Origin: Thermofilaceae archaeon
Lineage (GTDB): Archaea > Thermoproteota > Thermoprotei > Thermofilales > Thermofilaceae
Length of the DNA stretch: 64,000 bases
Reading direction: 5' to 3'
Assembly: GCA_038861545.1 (NCBI GenBank)
Contig: JAWCCZ010000004.1
Location: forward strand, 32,001-96,000
Shown here: positions 57,086 through 64,000 of the stretch, in pieces
Layout of the letters: each line of letters opens with the position of its first letter
Position numbering within the stretch: position 1 is the stretch's first letter
The notes under the pieces: model-generated
Told to the model about the DNA's origin: nothing
Seen by the model: only the letters and a program-made list of their open reading frames with translations
The model's database searches: none
Position numbers and translations under genes: made by a program

Positions 57086-57438
57086 TGACTACTCGCCATT
57101 AATATGGCAATTATTAGCACTAGACCATATGCTGTAATTAAGAAACGGGCAACAGACTGCTCGGCGGGTGGTAAGGGACCCGCTGCGAAAGCAAAGAGGA
57201 GAGCCGTTACATCGACGACAAGGAAAAGGCAAACATATTTGAAAAGAAGAAGTTTAACTGGGATCCTCTCTGGCGGAAGTTCCTCACCGCAAGCGTAAGG
57301 GGCGCGCTTCAGTTTATCTTCGCGTGGCCTGGGAGCTATAAGTCTATGTAATGCATAAGCTCCTAATAATAAAGCTCCAGTAGCTGCTAACAGCATAGCT
57401 AGCCCTACTACTCCATCCACGGGGGTAGGAAATTCCAC
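57082..57438 (-). CDS. NuoA-like subunit
   Basis: K..PYACGE motif, 3 TM. Confidence 0.82.
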   Translation of the reverse strand: MEFPTPVDGVVGLAMLLAATGALLLGAYALHRLIAPRPREDKLKRAPYACGEELPPERIPVKLLLFKYVCLFLVVDVTALLFAFAAGPLPPAEQSVARFLITAYGLVLIIAILMASSQ

Positions 57439-57494
57439 CCCTTATTTAATTATTCTGAAGCCGCGCTCTTCTGATTAATTGTTTATGACGAAGC

Positions 57495-58028
57495 TTATCT
57501 TCTTGTTAGCTCCTCCAATTGCCTAGCTATTTCAAGCGCTTTCCGCTTGAATTCCTCTATGACCTGCTTCTCTTTTTCCAGTTCTCTCACCTTAGCCTCT
57601 AACTCCTCGATCCGTTTCTTGTATCCTGCCTCTATAGCCTTGACCCGTTCCTCGTATACCTTAACTTCCTTCTCTGGTATGAACCTGTCGATTATGGGCT
57701 CTCCAAAAACTAGCCGCCTATTTTCTTCATCATAGACCACGTCTACTGTCACTCTCACTAAATCGCTTTTTGCGCATTTCATTTCATTAACTATTATATC
57801 GTAAAGTTTACGGTTAAATTCTGCAACATCTCTAATGATAATATCCCTTGGTACATAACCTTTAAAGGTAGCTAACGCTACGCGCCGGATTTTATCGGCG
57901 AAACGCGCTGCTGGTATAATACCGGTTCTCAGTTCAGCAGTTCTTGGAGCCTTTAAAGTCACACCTGTGTAAATTGCCTTATACTCTTCCACGCGTGCCT
58001 CATCCCGAACAATTTCTTCGTCTATCAC
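57495..58028 (-). CDS. DUF2258 / ThermoDBP-like single-stranded nucleic acid binding protein
   Basis: LRTGII.A.RFADKIRRV, AEFN..LY, K.DLVRVTV; C-terminal coiled coil. Confidence 0.78.
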   Translation of the reverse strand: MIDEEIVRDEARVEEYKAIYTGVTLKAPRTAELRTGIIPAARFADKIRRVALATFKGYVPRDIIIRDVAEFNRKLYDIIVNEMKCAKSDLVRVTVDVVYDEENRRLVFGEPIIDRFIPEKEVKVYEERVKAIEAGYKKRIEELEAKVRELEKEKQVIEEFKRKALEIARQLEELTRR

Positions 58029-58078
58029 TCTGATATAAAATACAGAAAATTAATTTAAAAATCTATTTTGAGAGATTC

Positions 58079-59332
58079 TTACCAAAGACCTTCCTCCCTA
58101 GCCCCCTCATCAACCCTAGCTAAGAAAGATCTATACGCTCCAGCGTTAACGGCCTCCTCTGCAACCTTCCTTCCGGTTTGCTCATCTACTAAGGCTATTA
58201 AGGCTCCTCCTAACCCAGCTCCGCTTATTTTAGCGCCATAAGCACCGGCGTTCAACATGGCTTCTCTGATATTCTCTAGCTCCGGTAAACTAACCTCGTA
58301 TAGATCTCTAAGCAGTTCATGCTGCTTATCTATTATAGCGCCTAGGATTTCTAAAAATGTTGCATCAACCTTGGAGCCTATTTCTTCGAGCTCGCTGAGG
58401 GTGAGACTTCTCGTTTTAATCAGCTTGAGCGCCAGCAATGTTAGACGATGCATTAAAAGGGTGAACCGAATCCTCTTCGCAGCTTTCTCGTCAATTTCAT
58501 TTAAATAGGGGTTTAGCTCCTCTAATCTAAGTTCTTCCCACTTTGGCTCCCAATATTTCCTTCCTAGAAGCCTTTTTATCTTAACCGGCAAATCATCAAG
58601 CTCAAGAAGCTGGGAGAGCCCTAGCTCGATCTCGGCTTGTCTCACCGGATGTATTGAAGCTACTCTGTGTTTGATTCCAGAGTCTGCGATAGCGAAGTTT
58701 ACATTGCTAAGGGGCAACTCTTCTACCTGAACAGGGAGTTTTGTGTAAAGTAAAATTGCGCCGCCGTATGAAGACCCATATTGGTCAAGCCTACCGCATG
58801 GTATACGCATAATCTCATTTTCGGCTTTAAAGGCAAGCTCAGCTAATTGATCCTTGCCTAACTTTAAGCCGTAGTGTGTGTCGAGCAACTTTATGAACGC
58901 GACCTCTAGCGCCGCACTACTACCTAAACCAGCACCCACGGGCACGTCGCTGTCTATTACTATCTTTAAACCGGACTTTATGCTGAAACCGTTTCCTCTG
59001 AGAGCAAGCACACATGCTCTTAAGTAATCTCCGAAAACACCTTTACCTTCAAGCTTGGGATTAAGAGCAAAACTTTCTGTATGGGCACGTCCCTCCCGTT
59101 TCATATTCAAGCTGATAACTTCAAACCTGTCGGGGAGCTCTTCGATAGCTACTGCATAGGTCCTAAGGTTTACTGCAACCGGGACCACTGGTAGACCTTT
59201 GTAATCTTGATGGGTATTAAGAAAATCTGCTCTACCCGGTGCAGAGGCTGCTCGGATAGGTTTGCCAAATGTTCTTCTGATTTCATCTAATACTTCCAGC
59301 TTAGATCTTGGCGTAGCGAATTTGCCCCTCAC
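58079..59332 (-). CDS. GHMP family sugar kinase (galactokinase-like)
   Basis: APGR..NTHQDY, PVGAGLGSSAA, CGRLDQ, GAKISGAGLGG. Confidence 0.88.
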   Translation of the reverse strand: MRGKFATPRSKLEVLDEIRRTFGKPIRAASAPGRADFLNTHQDYKGLPVVPVAVNLRTYAVAIEELPDRFEVISLNMKREGRAHTESFALNPKLEGKGVFGDYLRACVLALRGNGFSIKSGLKIVIDSDVPVGAGLGSSAALEVAFIKLLDTHYGLKLGKDQLAELAFKAENEIMRIPCGRLDQYGSSYGGAILLYTKLPVQVEELPLSNVNFAIADSGIKHRVASIHPVRQAEIELGLSQLLELDDLPVKIKRLLGRKYWEPKWEELRLEELNPYLNEIDEKAAKRIRFTLLMHRLTLLALKLIKTRSLTLSELEEIGSKVDATFLEILGAIIDKQHELLRDLYEVSLPELENIREAMLNAGAYGAKISGAGLGGALIALVDEQTGRKVAEEAVNAGAYRSFLARVDEGAREEGLW

Positions 59333-59381
59333 ATGTTAAGCTTACCGCTAAATCTATAAATGTGTACCTCACTGCGCCTCC

Positions 59382-60347
59382 GTGAGAATATTAGTAACTG
59401 GGGGGGCCGGCTTCATAGGTAGTCATCTGGTTGACAAACTCTTATCAGAAGACTATGAGTTAGTAGTAATAGATAACTTCAGCAGTGGTTACTTTGATAA
59501 TCTAAGTAATTCTATAGCTTCACCAAAGCTAAAGGTTATAAAAGGTGACCTGAGGGATCTGAGTGTACTAATAGAATCGTTGAGCGATGTTCAAGCTGTA
59601 TTCCACTTTGCAGCTAATCCCGAAGTTAGGGTAGGTGATCCTAATGAGCATTTTGAACATAATATTAAGGCAACTTATAATCTTCTCGAGACTATGAGAA
59701 AGAGGGACGTCACAGATATAGTTTTCGCTTCATCGAGCACTGTTTACGGGGATGCAGAAATTCTTCCCACGCCCGAGAGCTATGGTCCGCTTAAACCGAT
59801 ATCGGTTTATGGTGCTTCGAAGCTAGCTTGCGAGGCTTTAATCTCCTCTTATGTACATACGTACAGTTTCAGAGGCATTTCACTTAGATACGCTAATGTT
59901 GTTGGTCCTAGAAACAGGAAAGGAGTTACCTATGACTTTGTACGAAAACTGCTAGCAAACCCTAAGCGACTGAAAGTATTAGGCGATGGAACTCAGACGA
60001 AATCCTACATATGGATTGAAGACGCCGTCGCAGCTACTCTAACAGCCTGGAAGCATTCAGGCAAGGAGTTTGAGGTATTTAACGTTGGAGGCGTTGACGC
60101 AATAACTGTAAGGCGCGTCGCGGAGATAGTGATTGAGGAAGGTGAATTAAATAATGTAGAGGTAGAGTATACTGGAGGAGTTGAGGGAAGAGGATGGGTT
60201 GGCGATGTCAAGAAAATGCATTTAGATATAAGCAAACTAATTGGCCTCGGATGGTCTCCACGCTACAAGAGTGAGGAATCCGTGCGTTTAGCTGCTCGCC
60301 ATTACTGGAAACTTGCACGTGAAGGCTTAATTAAACCATTCACGTAA
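59382..60347 (+). CDS. NAD-dependent epimerase/dehydratase (UDP-glucose 4-epimerase-like)
   Basis: TGGAGFIGS, SSSTVYG, YGASK. Confidence 0.92.
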   Translation: MRILVTGGAGFIGSHLVDKLLSEDYELVVIDNFSSGYFDNLSNSIASPKLKVIKGDLRDLSVLIESLSDVQAVFHFAANPEVRVGDPNEHFEHNIKATYNLLETMRKRDVTDIVFASSSTVYGDAEILPTPESYGPLKPISVYGASKLACEALISSYVHTYSFRGISLRYANVVGPRNRKGVTYDFVRKLLANPKRLKVLGDGTQTKSYIWIEDAVAATLTAWKHSGKEFEVFNVGGVDAITVRRVAEIVIEEGELNNVEVEYTGGVEGRGWVGDVKKMHLDISKLIGLGWSPRYKSEESVRLAARHYWKLAREGLIKPFT

Positions 60348-60450
60348 AGTAGCACTCCTAATATACCTTCCCAGCAACTTCATCACGGCACTCTGCAGGC
60401 CCTAAAGCTCTTCCAGCGTTGTAGTTTCATCCTAAGTCCCGCTAGTGTTG

Positions 60451-62157
60451 TTAAATACAGCCAATAGCTCTCGGTTCACCAGCTACTGATCGAGTTTGAT
60501 TCCTTTGAAAACGAAAGATCTCGCTAATATTTACTTCAGCTACTACCACAGGTTTCTCAAGTCCCCAGTTTATGAGTACCTGAGGATGTACTTCCCCGAT
60601 GAAACCTAGTGATTGACCTATGATTTTAAGCATAGCAAATCGACCGTCAATAAAACTGGGATGTTTACTCTCTTCTAGCTCATAATTTAAGTTTAATAAT
60701 CTGAAAATCTCATTTACTACCGCGTGAAGATCGGTTAAAGTTGCCTTGCTATCTGAGAAAGCTAAAGCTAATCTTCTCTCCCCTCTTACCATGTTCTCCT
60801 CATGTTCATCAACCATCATAACGTCGCCGCACTCAAAGATCTTTTGCGGGTAATCGGCATGTTTACTCTTTGATAGCACTTGAATTAACTGAGGAGTTAA
60901 CCACGTCCTCAGGCATGTATACGCTTCTTGCCTAGGATTCAGAACCTCAACTGTAGGGAAATCGGATAAGCACATTTTACTATAAAGTACTTCCTTACTG
61001 GTCATCATGTAATTATTCACCTCTTGAAAACCGAAACCAACCAATATTTCTCGAATCTTTCTACTGAATGCTTCAAGAGGATCCATCTTACCACGATGCT
61101 GGGGTGGCATCATCTTAGGCTCTAGCTTGTCAAATCCATAGCCCATTAATACTTCCTCGACGAGGTCGACCGGATGCAATATATCTAACCTGTAAGCTGG
61201 GCACAACACTCTAATAGACTGATTTATGGGTTCAGCTCCAAATCTCATCGCTTTTAGACTATTTACCGCTTCTTCAACCGTGACCTTTAAACCACCTATT
61301 CTTTCAACGAGCTCTACATTAAGAATATGCTGCGAGGGGGAAAAATCCGGAACCTCCACAGAGCTCTTCCCTATAACTTTAACCAAGCCTATTCTTTCAC
61401 CTCTTTCAGCTAAAGATGTCGCTACGATTGTCAGTACCTCAACTGCTGATCTAAAATCGGTAGCAGTTACGTCAATCAAAATATCCCTGGTACCTGTAGT
61501 TACTCGAGTGTTTTCACTGTTAACAATTGGGGGTAATGAAAGGACATTCCCGGTTGAATCGATAAGCAAGGGGTACTTCTCTCTATTGGCTATTAAGTGT
61601 CCATATTGCTGGCCTTTGGGGTGAAATTGTAATATTTCCCTAAGGTTTAGCTCGCTCTCATAGTCCAGCGGTTGGAAACTTACAGTATTTGGGTCAGCCT
61701 CTATGTACCTAATTGGTGGGTGTACTTTAGATAAGTCATATACTCCGATTGAAACTTTAGCTCTATTTCTACCGTAGGTTGTATGCAGTTTCTCCTGTAG
61801 TTGCATTATCTGGCGTATCGCTTCATCGCTAAGCTTCATGCCGTGAACGGTAGCGAAGAATGCGTAAGGTCTATAGAATGGCCCCTCATTATATGCATCT
61901 AAAGCCTCTTCGATTTTAAATTCCCTAAGTCCAACTTCAATGTGGAGTAGTCCTTTGAGGGCCCTAGCCAACCCTTCAGCTGAAAATAAATCCGCTCTAT
62001 CATGAGTAACCTCGTAGTACACTAGTCCACCCTCTATTTTCTCAAGTTCGCACTTTAACCTTGGAAGAGCCTCAGTTAGTAAATCTTCGTCAAGTTTTCT
62101 ACCTAAGAGCTCAGAGAGATCATCCATAGATACATAGCATACCGGCATACTCACCAC
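60451..62157 (-). CDS. pheT: Phenylalanine--tRNA ligase beta subunit
   Basis: DRADLFSAEG, QEKLH..GRNR, LPPIVNS, YRLDILHPVDLVEE, GEVHP. Confidence 0.97.
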   Translation of the reverse strand: MVSMPVCYVSMDDLSELLGRKLDEDLLTEALPRLKCELEKIEGGLVYYEVTHDRADLFSAEGLARALKGLLHIEVGLREFKIEEALDAYNEGPFYRPYAFFATVHGMKLSDEAIRQIMQLQEKLHTTYGRNRAKVSIGVYDLSKVHPPIRYIEADPNTVSFQPLDYESELNLREILQFHPKGQQYGHLIANREKYPLLIDSTGNVLSLPPIVNSENTRVTTGTRDILIDVTATDFRSAVEVLTIVATSLAERGERIGLVKVIGKSSVEVPDFSPSQHILNVELVERIGGLKVTVEEAVNSLKAMRFGAEPINQSIRVLCPAYRLDILHPVDLVEEVLMGYGFDKLEPKMMPPQHRGKMDPLEAFSRKIREILVGFGFQEVNNYMMTSKEVLYSKMCLSDFPTVEVLNPRQEAYTCLRTWLTPQLIQVLSKSKHADYPQKIFECGDVMMVDEHEENMVRGERRLALAFSDSKATLTDLHAVVNEIFRLLNLNYELEESKHPSFIDGRFAMLKIIGQSLGFIGEVHPQVLINWGLEKPVVVAEVNISEIFRFQRNQTRSVAGEPRAIGCI

Positions 62158-63674
62158 CTAATTGGTGGACACCACTTCCTTAAGAAATCCAAGTCCTGAG
62201 TAAAAAGAGTCCGTATATCGTCTACGTTCAGTGCAATCATGGCTATCCTGTCAATTCCTATACCCCAGGCGGCTACATTGCTTTCTTTAATCCCTAATGA
62301 TCGTAAAACCTCAGGTCTGAACATGCCGCCTGGAAAAACTTCCATCCACCCAAGTTTTTCGTGCTTAACGAACCCTTCCACACTAGGTTCTGTGAAGGGA
62401 AAATATCCTGGCTTTATTTTCACTGGACCAAGCCCTAGCTCTCTAGCTAGCTCATGAAAGAAGCCCACTAAGTGTCTAAGCGTTACATGCCGGCTAACGA
62501 TTATCCCCTCCAACTGATAGAACTCCATGCTATGCTTCGCATCAAGATTCTCCGGTCTGAAAACCCTATCCAGAGCGAAACACCTGTACTCTCCATCACC
62601 TCTCCTGTATAATGTACGAGCAGAGACAGCGGTTGTCTGAGTTCTAAGAACTAAATGCAGTGCTTTAATAGGATCCCACTTGTACCTCCATCCCTTTGAA
62701 CCTACGTCACCGCCGAACTCGTGTACCTCCCCTATTCTCCTAAGTAAGCCTTGATCACTTACCCTACCCATAGCAGGGTATTTCACAAAGAAAGTATCAT
62801 GTATCTCCCTGGCTGGATGATCTTGAGCCTGGAAAAGTGCATCAAAGTTCCATAATTCCAGTTCAACATGGGGTCCTTTTACCTCCTCAAAACCCATAGC
62901 AACAAGTAACTCTCTTATATAATCGAGAAACTCCAAGTATGGATGTTTTCTGCCTGGATAAAGGCTGGGTGGTCTCAGCGACAGGTCGTAGCTTTTAAAC
63001 TGAACGCTCCTCCATTCGCCGCTTATGATTAACTGCGGGGTAAGCGCTGTCACTAACCTTGTACCGGTTATCATGCCTTTCCTCAACAAGTTCTTAGCAT
63101 CATCCGTAAGAACTACCCTTAGCTCGAATACCCTTTTAGCAGAGACCATTCTCCTACGCTTAAGTATTTCAATGAGTTCTTTCTTCGGGGACTCGCCTGC
63201 GGCTATTGCCTCTAAAGCTCTTCTGAGCTCAGAAGCTTGCATCAATGCACTTGTTAGTGCTTCTTCATTTACAATCTTCACACGAGTCCCGTCTACCTTC
63301 AACGCCCCAGCTTTAGCTAGGTGCATTACCCCTATACGCACATCATCTTCGCTAAAACCGGGTAATCTTGGGAGTGAGCTGAGATCCAATTCGCCGAGCT
63401 CTCTTATAAGGCCAACAACTCTCTCCTCCGGAAGCCCGATATTAACGTATTGATGTCCCTCTTTTGTTAGCTCGACTTTCTCCGTGAGACTCTTATCAAT
63501 CTCTATTAAACCCTTTGCCTTAAGTTCTTCTATATCCCGCATCAAATCCTCTCTTCTACATCTGAGCTCAGATGCTAACTCGTCAAGCTCCCGGGAACCA
63601 CTTGCACAGGAATCGAGGATTTTCTTCTGACGTTCACTCAAGACTAAAATTGGCGCTCCATCCACCTTCGCCAC
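62151..63674 (-). CDS. pheS: Phenylalanine--tRNA ligase alpha subunit
   Basis: WNFDALF..QDHPAREIHDTF, LRTQTT, YFPFTEPS, GMFRPE, WGIGIDR. Confidence 0.97.
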   Translation of the reverse strand: MAKVDGAPILVLSERQKKILDSCASGSRELDELASELRCRREDLMRDIEELKAKGLIEIDKSLTEKVELTKEGHQYVNIGLPEERVVGLIRELGELDLSSLPRLPGFSEDDVRIGVMHLAKAGALKVDGTRVKIVNEEALTSALMQASELRRALEAIAAGESPKKELIEILKRRRMVSAKRVFELRVVLTDDAKNLLRKGMITGTRLVTALTPQLIISGEWRSVQFKSYDLSLRPPSLYPGRKHPYLEFLDYIRELLVAMGFEEVKGPHVELELWNFDALFQAQDHPAREIHDTFFVKYPAMGRVSDQGLLRRIGEVHEFGGDVGSKGWRYKWDPIKALHLVLRTQTTAVSARTLYRRGDGEYRCFALDRVFRPENLDAKHSMEFYQLEGIIVSRHVTLRHLVGFFHELARELGLGPVKIKPGYFPFTEPSVEGFVKHEKLGWMEVFPGGMFRPEVLRSLGIKESNVAAWGIGIDRIAMIALNVDDIRTLFTQDLDFLRKWCPPIRW

Positions 63675-63739
63675 CCTTACGTGTAAAAGAAGGTTTTTTA
63701 AATTTTAACTTGTGGGATCGTTACCGATTTATAAGTTTC

Positions 63740-64000
63740 ATGTTCTCCGTGGGTATAGCACATATCGAGTGGCCGATTCCACCTAGAATGGGTCAAGAAG
63801 AAGTTGCTAGTAAGCTTGCTGAACTTCTTTTAGATGGAAAAAGAATCCTTTTCAGCGCACCCACAGGATGGGGGAAGACAATGACCGTACTCGCCGCATT
63901 AAAAGCCTCCGATCTCCTTCCAGCAGTATGGATGGGGCGAAGTTTAGTGCTTGGAAAACGTGTAGGCGATGACGCAGCTCTTTGGAGCTTAAGGGCGTTC
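63740..64000 (+). CDS. XPD/Rad3/DinG-like helicase, N-terminal fragment (runs off window)
   Basis: Translates as ..PIPPRMGQEEV..ILFSAPTGWGKTMTVL (Q motif plus Walker A); not in the supplied ORF track. Confidence 0.75.
   Translation, partial: MFSVGIAHIEWPIPPRMGQEEVASKLAELLLDGKRILFSAPTGWGKTMTVLAALKASDLLPAVWMGRSLVLGKRVGDDAALWSLRAF

Noticed and set aside
48184-57438. NADH:quinone oxidoreductase (complex I) or Mbs
   Set aside because: Large subunit retains both Ni-binding CxxC motifs and NuoEFG are absent
60350-60500. GTGATGA box and hairpins on the minus strand after pheT as an sRNA
   Set aside because: No properly spaced CTGA box or promoter; could be a degraded gene fragment or 3' UTR
38-63453. 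Many short antisense or nested ORFs in the six-frame track (e.g. 38-442, 5465-5770, 23149-23538, 37349-37786, 63025-63453)
   Set aside because: Shadow frames of well-supported genes, with no motifs
1-64000. CRISPR arrays, IS elements, rRNA
   Set aside because: No spaced repeats, transposase motifs or rRNA-like sequence seen

Overview
Chromosomal segment of a hyperthermophilic archaeon, most likely Thermoproteota/Thermofilaceae-like. This is inferred from a GC-rich tRNA, BRE/TATA promoters with leaderless genes, an archaeal DTD2 deacylase, a DUF2258/ThermoDBP-like protein and archaeal PheST. The standout is a ~22 kb locus (2344-24450) between a tandem C/D + H/ACA sRNA pair and the 3' end of tRNA-Arg(CCT). 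It combines three modules: (i) a Ced/Ted-like (VirB2/VirB6/VirB4-homologous) DNA-transfer module that includes a giant second CedA-like protein; (ii) a type IV pilus set (major pilin, several pilin-like proteins, TadA/CpaF ATPase, TadC-like platform, MinD/ParA ATPase, two large surface proteins); (iii) a wHTH-ParB(RHH)-dead-HerA cassette directly behind a perfect 36-bp nested palindrome that looks like a centromere or operator. No integrase, relaxase or att duplication is visible. The rest of the window holds sugar-metabolism genes (GH5, Gfo/Idh/MocA, TIM-barrel isomerases, PfkB, GHMP kinase, GalE-like), an Hrq1/SftH-like helicase, a Liv ABC transporter, a complex-I-like group 4 [NiFe]-hydrogenase operon, ThermoDBP, PheST and the start of an XPD/Rad3-like helicase. 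All family calls come from motif recognition by eye; no database search was run.
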